From positions 1 through 64,000 of IMG/VR virus record IMGVR_UViG_3300010885_039212: a stretch of 64,000 nucleotides of DNA, one strand, 5' to 3'. The notes under the pieces are model-generated. The model was not told the DNA's origin and made no database searches. It worked only from the letters and a program-made list of their open reading frames with translations. Shown piece after piece: positions 20,570 to 27,680 of the stretch (positions are counted from its first letter, which is position 1; every line of letters starts with the position of its first letter). A program made the position numbers and the translations under genes. The stretch comes from a virus.

Positions 20570-20698
20570 ATGAGCAATTTAATTATTGGATTTGTAATGG
20601 GGTTGGTCGTTGCTACTGTAGGATTTAGCAATCTTGCTAGTTTTGCAGATAAACAGGTCAACAATGCGAAAGTGATTATTAAGGAGAATGTGAAATGA
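20570..20698 (+). CDS. small membrane protein (42 aa; not in ORF track)
   Basis: MSNLIIGFVMGLVVATVGFS..., ATGA-coupled to the next gene. Confidence 0.55.
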   Translation: MSNLIIGFVMGLVVATVGFSNLASFADKQVNNAKVIIKENVK

Positions 20699-21372
20699 AA
20701 CGAAGTATATTGGCAGTTGCTGTTCTTGGATTATTTGTTACTGGATGTTCTTCCTTTGGAAGTAAGTCTCCAGAACCAGTGGTCAAAGTCGAGAATAAAC
20801 TCGAACAGAAACCAGACGTAAAGAAAGCAGAAGCAGAATTCTTGGAAACTGCTGGCACAGTCCAGATACAGTTTTCAGATGAAGGTGAGTGGCTTGTTCT
20901 AAAGACATCTGGCACAGCACCTATCAACTTCAACCATGCTCAAGGAAGAGAAGAAGCATTCCTTCTAGCCACTATGCGTGCTAAACGTAACCTAATAGAA
21001 TTTCTCAACAACGATGTTAAGTCTGGTAAAGTTGCAGAGAATTTAACCAAGTCTGCACTACAAGATTTAGTTACATCTAAAAACAGTGAGAGTGTGAAGA
21101 AAAACAAAGATACAAAATCTGATAGTATTTTTGGAAGTGACTCTGATGTTGATGGTGGACAATTCAGCGAAGAAGAACGTAAACGTGCAAGTAAGATATC
21201 TCAATCTGTAGTTGAAAAACTTACAGATAACTCTCAAGGTATTTTGAAAGGTGCGTTTGTTTCTAGACGTGATGTTGATCGTGAATCAAATATGGTTGCA
21301 GTTCAACTTATGGTTTCAAAGAAAAGTATCAATGCAGCATCTACAATTCGAGTAATGATGAACGGGATTTAA
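20695..21372 (+). CDS. lipoprotein (LPP20-like)
   Basis: Lipobox VTGC, AAGGAG RBS. Confidence 0.7.
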   Translation: MKRSILAVAVLGLFVTGCSSFGSKSPEPVVKVENKLEQKPDVKKAEAEFLETAGTVQIQFSDEGEWLVLKTSGTAPINFNHAQGREEAFLLATMRAKRNLIEFLNNDVKSGKVAENLTKSALQDLVTSKNSESVKKNKDTKSDSIFGSDSDVDGGQFSEEERKRASKISQSVVEKLTDNSQGILKGAFVSRRDVDRESNMVAVQLMVSKKSINAASTIRVMMNGI

Positions 21373-21373
21373 T

Positions 21374-21490
21374 ATGAAACTCTTTATTATGATATGTGTG
21401 ATCTCCATGGTTTCTGCCTGCAGTACTGTTGCTGGTATCGGTAAAGATATTCAGTCAACTGCTGAGTGGACAAAAGAGAAGATGAATTGA
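21374..21490 (+). CDS. entericidin EcnA/B-family lipoprotein (38 aa; not in ORF track)
   Basis: MKLFIMICVISMVSACSTVAGIGKDIQSTAEWTKEKMN; lipobox plus CxTxxGxGKDI. Confidence 0.75.
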   Translation: MKLFIMICVISMVSACSTVAGIGKDIQSTAEWTKEKMN

Positions 21491-22482
21491 TGAAGAAAAC
21501 CATTCTTGCGATGATGTTAATTGCATCATTTGCGCATGCTGAACAGGTTACTGTTACTGGTTATGGTCAAAGTTACGAGAGAGCACTTGAGAATGCAAAA
21601 GTTCAAGCATTGGAAAAGATAGCTGGAACTTTTATTATTGGAGAGAACCAAGCCAGAAATGGCAGAGTAACTGAAGAAATCGCTCAGTACAATGGTGGTG
21701 TTATCAAACACTATGATGTAATTTCGCATGGAACAAATGGTAAAGAACATCAGGTCATCATAACTGCAGATGTTATCGAGAAAAAAGATAACAGAGTTAT
21801 TCGAAACAATACTGACTTCAGTGCGGACTTTAATGAGTTTGAAGAACGAGCCAAAGTTGTAAATCGTCTTGACAATGTGAATGTGGCAATTGGTGCAACA
21901 GTCATAAATCCCAGATACACTGTTGGTAGATATTCAACTAATGCAACTGGGACAGTGATATTGGCATATCAACCAAAGTGGATATCTGATCTGAAAGAAT
22001 TTTCAAAGGTAGTGAACCAAGAAGGTAAAGTATCAAACAATGCATATAACAGTGGGCATGGCAGTGTTGTAGGTGCATTACTTCGAGTCAATCCCTTTAG
22101 TGCAGTTGCAGTTCAATATGCTGGTCAACAGCAGCCGATGCAATCAAGTAAAGAGATGATGGTTTGTTTTGATGGTTCAAATGATTGTCATACAATTGGT
22201 GTTAATTTCCAACATATACCAAGAGTTCCCAATCTGCTGGTAGTTGGTAGTGGTAGTGGTAGAGATTATATCTTATATCGTAGAGAACTGGATATGAAGA
22301 TGTATGAATTGCTTAGTGCTGGTGATAGTAGAAGTGAAACCATTTTTACTAACTTCAAAACTACATATCAACAACCAACATTGTTAGTACATAGTCAACG
22401 AAGGTATTCTGTAGATTTTAATTTTGAGATAAACAATTCAATTGCAACACAACTAGAAAACATAAAGGTATATTTACAATGA
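21490..22482 (+). CDS. exported protein
   Basis: Signal peptide ending FAHA; VTGYGQSYERALENAKVQALE. Confidence 0.65.
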   Translation: MKKTILAMMLIASFAHAEQVTVTGYGQSYERALENAKVQALEKIAGTFIIGENQARNGRVTEEIAQYNGGVIKHYDVISHGTNGKEHQVIITADVIEKKDNRVIRNNTDFSADFNEFEERAKVVNRLDNVNVAIGATVINPRYTVGRYSTNATGTVILAYQPKWISDLKEFSKVVNQEGKVSNNAYNSGHGSVVGALLRVNPFSAVAVQYAGQQQPMQSSKEMMVCFDGSNDCHTIGVNFQHIPRVPNLLVVGSGSGRDYILYRRELDMKMYELLSAGDSRSETIFTNFKTTYQQPTLLVHSQRRYSVDFNFEINNSIATQLENIKVYLQ

Positions 22483-23252
22483 ATTGGTTAAATCAAATGT
22501 TCTTTTTTAAACGAAAACAAATTGTAGTTGATTGTTTTATTAAAGATTTAATTGTATATAATAATTTCAAAATACAAAGAGCCAGTAAATTTATTCCAAA
22601 AGAGTGGAAAGATCTACCCCCACATTTTTCACATAAAATGAATCCTGATCCAAATTCAAAAATGGTTCAGGAAATAGCAACACTAAAAAAATGTAATGCT
22701 TTTAGAGACTTATTTGCAAATGGATTCATAATTCCTTTATGGGCAGATTGTCAACTGGAAGCGCATAACGATCGGTTTGTTTTTGGTGGACATAATATGT
22801 TCGAAGCAAACTCTACAGCATCAGGACACCATAGAAGCCAAATTGGAGATTTTTATCTAAATTACAATCACATTAAAATAGAGTCACCATGGTTTCTACG
22901 AGAGAAAACTGGAGTAAAGTTTTCATGGAATGGTTGTTTATGGAATAATACTCACAATTTAGAGCATGTGCAATTTTTACCTGGAGTTTTAGATTTTAAA
23001 TACCAAAATGCTACTCACATAAATCTCTTTATAAAAAGAGGTGTAGTAATTAAGTATTTTGCAAATGATCCTATGGTTCATTTGATTCCATTGTCAGACA
23101 GTAAAATTAAACTAAAACATCATTTGTTAAGTGAAGACGAATATGTGAAAATGCACGATGCAATGGATAAGAGCATTCGTTATCATAATCCAAGAGATTT
23201 ACGGGATGGAATTTTTCCAGAGAAAAAATGTCCTTTTGGATTTGGTAAATGA
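22479..23252 (+). CDS. conserved phage hypothetical protein
   Basis: TLKKC...GFIIPLW...KIESPW...LPGV motif order. Confidence 0.6.
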   Translation: MNWLNQMFFFKRKQIVVDCFIKDLIVYNNFKIQRASKFIPKEWKDLPPHFSHKMNPDPNSKMVQEIATLKKCNAFRDLFANGFIIPLWADCQLEAHNDRFVFGGHNMFEANSTASGHHRSQIGDFYLNYNHIKIESPWFLREKTGVKFSWNGCLWNNTHNLEHVQFLPGVLDFKYQNATHINLFIKRGVVIKYFANDPMVHLIPLSDSKIKLKHHLLSEDEYVKMHDAMDKSIRYHNPRDLRDGIFPEKKCPFGFGK

Positions 23253-23698
23253 AACAAAAGTGGATTGATGCATTTATGGATACAGCTGAACGATTTGCTC
23301 AACTGTCCAGTGCAATTCGTTTGAAGGTAGGTGCGGTAGTTGTTAAAGACAATCGCATCATCTCAATCGGTTACAATGGCATGCCAGCTGGTTGGACAAA
23401 CGAATGTGAGTATCATGTAAGTGAATATTGTGATGCCACAAAATCTTGGTATCCTACTAGTGAAACAAAAACGAAAGACGAGGTTATTCATGCTGAAGCA
23501 AATGCTATACTTAAACTTGCACGTGATGGTGAATCAGGTAATGGTGCCAGTTTATTCTGTACTCATGCTCCATGTATTGATTGCGCTAAATTGATCTATG
23601 GTGCTGGTATTTCAAGTTTTTACTATCGTAACGCATATCGCAATACTGATGGTATTGATTTTTTAAACAAGTGTAGTATAAATGTTCTCGAAAGATAA
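23249..23698 (+). CDS. cd: dCMP deaminase
   Basis: VGAVVV, GYNG, HAEANA, PCIDC. Confidence 0.92.
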   Translation: MKQKWIDAFMDTAERFAQLSSAIRLKVGAVVVKDNRIISIGYNGMPAGWTNECEYHVSEYCDATKSWYPTSETKTKDEVIHAEANAILKLARDGESGNGASLFCTHAPCIDCAKLIYGAGISSFYYRNAYRNTDGIDFLNKCSINVLER

Positions 23699-24218
23699 AA
23701 TTATTTCCTATCAATTGGTAGGTGAAGAGTTTAATAATGTTCAAAAAGAATTAGAGCAATTTTACAACCTTGATATACCATATGCCAATCCATTTGATAC
23801 AAAAGATCCAGAGTCAAGAATACCGTATCCAAGATTAGATGTAAGTTATGCTACCTTTAATTACAGTGTTATTAGAATGCATAACTTAACTAAATTGGGT
23901 GATGCAATAATAATGCATTCTCCGAATAAAAATTGTATGATTGGTGAGAACTGGGCAACTGATATGAAGATAGGTAGTATTTCTGATGCTCACACTCATA
24001 TTAATTATTCAGAAGATACATTTTTCTGTGGAGTTTATTACTACGATGTAGATCAATCAGATGTTAATATACAATTTTTAATTGACGATATATGGGTTGA
24101 TTTTGATATGAGACCTGGAAAGTTAATGTATTGGCCAACTAATTATTTTCATCGTATACCAATGAAAACTTCTAATGTAACAAGAAGATCGTTTTCTTTT
24201 AATTTATATAAAAGATAA
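23682..24218 (+). CDS. putative 2OG-Fe(II) oxygenase
   Basis: HTH, GVYY, FH, RRSFSFN. Confidence 0.6.
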   Translation: MFSKDKIISYQLVGEEFNNVQKELEQFYNLDIPYANPFDTKDPESRIPYPRLDVSYATFNYSVIRMHNLTKLGDAIIMHSPNKNCMIGENWATDMKIGSISDAHTHINYSEDTFFCGVYYYDVDQSDVNIQFLIDDIWVDFDMRPGKLMYWPTNYFHRIPMKTSNVTRRSFSFNLYKR

Positions 24219-24238
24219 ATTATGCTAAATAAGAGATA

Positions 24239-24300
24239 ACCCTACTGCAAAGAGGGTTATTATTTTTTTACTTTACTTTAATTCAAAAAGAGCGTATAAT
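24239..24300 (+). promoter_or_regulatory. sigma70 promoter of the tRNA array with upstream palindrome
   Basis: ACCCTAC-N5-AGAGGGT; TTTACT(24272)-17-TATAAT(24295). Confidence 0.85.
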
Positions 24301-24307
24301 TTCAATT

Positions 24308-24421
24308 ATGAAATCAGTAATCTGTCTGTCGTTAGCAAAACATCTTCCACTAAACTGTGGCTGGTCATTTGCACGCCCACAGTATGAGATTACAGCCGAT
24401 AGTGGGGGTTTTGGAAAGTAA
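24308..24421 (+). CDS. putative leaderless attenuator leader peptide containing all 20 amino acids
   Basis: MKSVICLSLAKHLPLNCGWSFARPQYEITADSGGFGK*; ATG follows the -10 after 7 nt; last codons overlap the antiterminator arm. Confidence 0.7.
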   Translation: MKSVICLSLAKHLPLNCGWSFARPQYEITADSGGFGK

Positions 24422-24452
24422 ATTAAATTTACGTTTATTTCCCAAAGCCCTC
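24404..24452 (+). promoter_or_regulatory. antiterminator hairpin
   Basis: 24404-24422 pairs with 24434-24452 at 18/19 positions (incl. G-U) and shares AAAGCCCTC with the terminator. Confidence 0.7.
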
Positions 24453-24480
24453 TGAGATGAAAGTCCAGAGGGTTTTTTGT
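24444..24480 (+). terminator. intrinsic terminator (attenuator) upstream of the tRNA array
   Basis: AAAGCCCTCTG...CAGAGGGTTTTTT. Confidence 0.85.
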
Positions 24481-24501
24481 TTGTTATCGTACAAACAAAA
24501 T

Positions 24502-24513
24502 TGTTCTTTAAAA
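24502..24513 (+). promoter_or_regulatory. boxA-like Nus antitermination site
   Basis: TGTTCTTTAAAA vs rrn boxA TGCTCTTTAACA, just before the first tRNA. Confidence 0.55.
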
Positions 24514-24530
24514 ATTTGCGTACCAAATGT

Positions 24531-24604
24531 TGGGGTATGGTGAAGTGGTATCACAACGGATTTTGATTCCGTCGTTCTTGGTTCGATTCCAAGTACCCCT
24601 GCCA
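24531..24604 (+). tRNA. tRNA-Gln(TTG)
   Basis: Cloverleaf, loop TT-TTG-AT, CCA. Confidence 0.9.
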
Positions 24605-24608
24605 AATT

Positions 24609-24684
24609 GCGTCGGTAGCTCAGCTGGTAGAGCAGTAGACTTTTAATCTATTGGTCGTGGGTTCGAATCCCGCCCGACGCACCA
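24609..24684 (+). tRNA. tRNA-Lys(TTT)
   Basis: Loop CT-TTT-AA, CCA. Confidence 0.95.
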
Positions 24685-24733
24685 TATTAAAATATATTAG
24701 AGATAAGCAGGAACTTATAGTATGTTTTAATAT

Positions 24734-24809
24734 GGTGACTGTAGATCAATGGTAGATCCCTGGATTGTGATTCCAGTCGTTGGGAGTTCGAGTCTCCTCA
24801 GTCACCCCA
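24734..24809 (+). tRNA. tRNA-His(GTG)
   Basis: G-1, loop TT-GTG-AT, C73, CCA. Confidence 0.93.
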
Positions 24810-24814
24810 AGTAT

Positions 24815-24890
24815 GCCAAGATAGCTCAGTTGGTAGAGCACCTGTTTGAAGCACAGGGTGTGGGCAGTTCGATTCTGTCTCTTGGTACCA
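24815..24890 (+). tRNA. tRNA-Phe(GAA)
   Basis: Loop TT-GAA-GC, CCA. Confidence 0.9.
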
Positions 24891-24891
24891 T

Positions 24892-24965
24892 TCCCTTGTA
24901 GCTCAATGGTAGAGCAAAGTGCTGATAACGCTGAGACACAAGTTCGATTCTTGTCGAGGGAACCA
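24892..24965 (+). tRNA. tRNA-Ile(GAT)
   Basis: Loop CT-GAT-AA, CCA. Confidence 0.88.
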
Positions 24966-24970
24966 GTTAT

Positions 24971-25045
24971 GCCTTGTTAGCTCAGTGGTAGAGCGTCTCG
25001 TTTACACCGAGAGGGTCGGCAGTTCGAAACTGTCACAAGGTACCA
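24971..25045 (+). tRNA. tRNA-Val(TAC)
   Basis: Loop TT-TAC-AC, CCA. Confidence 0.93.
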
Positions 25046-25047
25046 AT

Positions 25048-25122
25048 ACCCGATTAGTGAAATGAATATCACACCTTGCTACGAACGAGGAGTTGGGAGT
25101 TTGATTCTCTCATTGGGTGCCA
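25048..25122 (+). tRNA. tRNA-Arg(ACG)
   Basis: Loop CT-ACG-AA, variant T-loop TTTGATT, CCA. Confidence 0.85.
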
Positions 25123-25127
25123 ATAAT

Positions 25128-25217
25128 GGAAGTATGGTCGAGTCTGGTTTATGGCACCTGTCTTGAAAACAGGCAACTCGAAAGGGTTCGTGGGTTCAAA
25201 TCCTACTACTTCCGCCA
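25128..25217 (+). tRNA. tRNA-Ser(TGA)
   Basis: Long variable arm, loop CT-TGA-AA, G73 CCA. Confidence 0.93.
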
Positions 25218-25233
25218 ATTTAAGGAGATGTAT

Positions 25234-25812
25234 ATGCCAAGTGTATTTTTAGTAAGCGATACTCACTTTGGTCATGCTGGTGTATGCAGATTCACTACGC
25301 AGACTGGAGAGAAGTTAAGACCATGGGATAATGCCGATGAAATGGATGAAGCCATGGTTGAAATGTGGAATGAAACAGTGAAGCCAACTGACAAGGTTTA
25401 CCATTTAGGTGACGTTGTCATTAACCGCAAAGCCATGGGAATCATGCGCAGGTTAAATGGTGACAAAGTTTTAATTCGTGGTAACCATGATATCTTTAGA
25501 GATGATGAGTATCGTGAACACTTTCGTGAGTTACGTGCTTATCATGTGATGAATGGTATGATCTTAAGTCATATTCCTATTCATCCTGAATCTTTAGGTA
25601 GATTTGGTGTTAACATCCATGGTCATTTACACTCAGGTAGAGTGATGATGAATGATCCATTTGGACATCGTGAACCAATGATCGATCCTAGATATCATTG
25701 TGTTTGTGTTGAACAAACTGATTTTCGTCCTATCTTATTTGAACGTGTAATTGAACGCATCAAAGAAGAAGGTGGCGAAGTTGGATTTCGTAATGGTAAT
25801 GGACCAACTTAG
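25234..25812 (+). CDS. calcineurin-like metallophosphoesterase
   Basis: SDTHFGH, HLGD, GNHD, SH, HGHLH; AAGGAG RBS (ORF-track start lies inside tRNAs). Confidence 0.88.
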   Translation: MPSVFLVSDTHFGHAGVCRFTTQTGEKLRPWDNADEMDEAMVEMWNETVKPTDKVYHLGDVVINRKAMGIMRRLNGDKVLIRGNHDIFRDDEYREHFRELRAYHVMNGMILSHIPIHPESLGRFGVNIHGHLHSGRVMMNDPFGHREPMIDPRYHCVCVEQTDFRPILFERVIERIKEEGGEVGFRNGNGPT

Positions 25813-25900
25813 GAAGACGGGCAGGACGGTAATGCAGCAGATTGCTAATCTGTAGATTGTATAATATGATCATAGGGTTCGACTCCCTAGTCTTCCGCCA
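25812..25900 (+). tRNA. tRNA-Ser(GCT)
   Basis: Loop TT-GCT-AA, long variable arm, G73 CCA. Confidence 0.9.
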
Positions 25901-25965
25901 ATTTAAGGAGAAAAATATGTCAGTAGAAGAGTATTGGAAATGGATAAGAGATAATGCACAGTAAC

Positions 25966-26049
25966 ACGAGAATGGTGGAATGGTATACACAGGAGACTTA
26001 AAATCTCCCGACGCAAGTCATGAGGGTTCGAGTCCCTCTTCTCGTACCA
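25966..26049 (+). tRNA. tRNA-Leu(TAA)
   Basis: Loop CT-TAA-AA, variable arm, CCA. Confidence 0.93.
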
Positions 26050-26052
26050 ATT

Positions 26053-26129
26053 GTCTCGGTAGCTCAGTAGGATAGAGCAACAACCTTCTAAGTTGTGGGT
26101 CAGGAGTTCGAATCTCTTCCGAGACGCCA
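26053..26129 (+). tRNA. tRNA-Arg(TCT)
   Basis: Loop CT-TCT-AA, CCA. Confidence 0.95.
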
Positions 26130-26133
26130 GTTT

Positions 26134-26208
26134 GGGCTGATAGCTTAATGGTAAAGCAGTGAACTCATAATTCATTGAGTGTAGGTTCAATTCCTACTCA
26201 GCCCACCA
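26134..26208 (+). tRNA. tRNA with CAT anticodon (probably Ile2/lysidine, possibly Met)
   Basis: Loop CT-CAT-AA; initiator and another CAT tRNA are present elsewhere. Confidence 0.85.
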
Positions 26209-26213
26209 TATAT

Positions 26214-26288
26214 GCACGTGTGACTGAATGGTAAGGTAGCGGTTTGCAAGTCCGATGTTCGTAGGTTCGATTCCTACCACGTGTTCCA
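26214..26288 (+). tRNA. tRNA-Cys(GCA)
   Basis: Loop TT-GCA-AG, U73, weak anticodon stem, CCA. Confidence 0.8.
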
Positions 26289-26290
26289 GA

Positions 26291-26437
26291 TTATTTTTTG
26301 TTGTAAAGATCGAAAAGAGTTTTAACTTTTTCTTCAAGAACAGCAATTCTATTATCTGCTTTTGCAAGAATAATTACTAAAGTGATGAAACCAACAAAAA
26401 CTGGCCACAACTTCATGATGTTATCGATTAGATCCAT
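26291..26437 (-). CDS. small single-TM protein (48 aa; not in ORF track)
   Basis: MDLIDNIMKLWPVFVGFITLVIILAKADNRIAVLEEKVKTLFDLYNKK; GGAGG RBS and ATAAATA upstream on the minus strand. Confidence 0.7.
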   Translation of the reverse strand: MDLIDNIMKLWPVFVGFITLVIILAKADNRIAVLEEKVKTLFDLYNKK

Positions 26438-26467
26438 GCTACCTCCATTTTTGCTTATTTATCAATA

Positions 26468-26628
26468 ACCATGTTGCAAGAATGGTTATTAAATTAGTGC
26501 TTTACAAATAATAAAAAGTGTAGTATAATAAATCTATGATGAGAAGAAAAGAGAGTGGTTTGAAAGACCCTCTGAAATGAAAGGTTATTAAATTATCTCT
26601 TTACTTTTAATCATAAATGCGGTATAAT
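26468..26628 (+). promoter_or_regulatory. two tandem sigma70 promoters internal to the tRNA array
   Basis: TTTACA(26501)-17-TATAAT(26524) and TTTACT(26600)-17-TATAAT(26623), each with a degenerate ACC-N13-GGT box 14 nt upstream. Confidence 0.8.
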
Positions 26629-26735
26629 TCTATTCTGGAATCAAAAAAGGAAAACAAAATGGAATGTTTGAAATGTAAAAAATGGCACTTTAAAATGAAT
26701 CCTTGTAATCCTGGAAAACAAAGGTAAGGATAGTT

Positions 26736-26810
26736 GCTCGGCTCGTCTATCGGTTAGGACACTGCCCTTTCACGGCAGGAAGACCAGTTCGATTCTGGTG
26801 CCGAGTACCA
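26736..26810 (+). tRNA. tRNA-Glu(TTC)
   Basis: Loop CT-TTC-AC, CCA. Confidence 0.93.
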
Positions 26811-27032
26811 AATTTAATTGCATTGGGTTACCAATACCAGTAGGTGATCTAGTTTGTCTACAACTGACGGAGTTGTAACTGCTAGATTACACGAAACCTC
26901 GAGATAATATCAGAAGGACGCTGGAGCAAGTTGGTCTGTAATGTGGTTGACAAACAAATCCGTGGACGACACGGTAGGGCAGGTTCAAAACTGTTATTTT
27001 TGTCAAACATCCCAGTGTGATTAAATTTGGTA
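26806..27032 (+). ncRNA. unknown multi-stem structured RNA
   Basis: 22-bp closing stem with G-U pairs and several internal helices. Confidence 0.6.
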
Positions 27033-27180
27033 TTAGTTTAGTGCTATCAAGGTATCGTGATCTGATCAATCACTATTCGGGTCCAACTGGCGAGGGACGG
27101 ATCCTAATATAACTGCTTAGTCGCTATGGGATGTTAGCTACAGACCCCTAAATCGAGCAGATAGCACTAAACTAATACCA
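27028..27180 (+). ncRNA. unknown structured RNA ending in ACCA
   Basis: Perfect 21-bp inverted repeat 27028-27048/27160-27180. Confidence 0.6.
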
Positions 27181-27181
27181 T

Positions 27182-27267
27182 GGAGAATGAGAAGCATTGG
27201 TGACTTCAGCAGACTGTAAATCTGTCGCCTTATGGCATATGGGGTTCGAATCCCTGATTCTCCACCA
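27182..27267 (+). tRNA. tRNA-Tyr(GTA)
   Basis: Loop CT-GTA-AA, variable arm, CCA. Confidence 0.9.
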
Positions 27268-27274
27268 AGTATTT

Positions 27275-27349
27275 GGTCTCGAAGTGTTCATGGACGCACA
27301 CAACACTGTCACTGTTGAAGAAGGGGATCGTTACCCCTCGAGACCGCCA
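27275..27349 (+). tRNA. tRNA-Asp(GTC)
   Basis: Loop CT-GTC-AC, atypical T-loop ATCGTTA, G73 CCA. Confidence 0.85.
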
Positions 27350-27356
27350 TGTTTAT

Positions 27357-27484
27357 GTCCTGGTAATCCACGCCAAGTTCGCAACTTGGGTTCTACGATG
27401 AGTTCGCAACTCATGGCAGTAGAGAGGTAAAAACCCTGTTTATAGGGTCTCCAGTGAGTAGGTGAAACTCCTATAAGGACGCCA
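27357..27484 (+). ncRNA. tRNA-like RNA with twin anticodon-like arms
   Basis: GTCCT/AGGAC-G-CCA acceptor, T-arm GTAGG-TGAAACT-CCTAT, two 5-bp stems with the identical loop TTCGCAA. Confidence 0.65.
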
Positions 27485-27680
27485 TTTTTGTTGGAATGAA
27501 TTCAAAGTCTTGTGACTTTTTTAGTAGTTCGTCAGGAACGAATTTGACAGATACATATTTATCAGGAATGAAATGTTTTGATGTAGTATAAGTCGATTGT
27601 GTGTATTTAATGTTGTCTATTTTATACAACATTAAATATGAATCTTCAGGTGGGATATGTGACATAAGTATATTTATTAT

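Noticed and set aside
25117-25233. N-terminal extension of the phosphoesterase in the ORF track
   Set aside because: Overlaps tRNA-Arg and tRNA-Ser; the AAGGAG RBS supports the start at 25234.
26806-27484. Self-cleaving ribozymes (HDV-like theta, hammerhead, twister) next to tRNAs
   Set aside because: Could not build the catalytic cores by eye; left for a covariance search.
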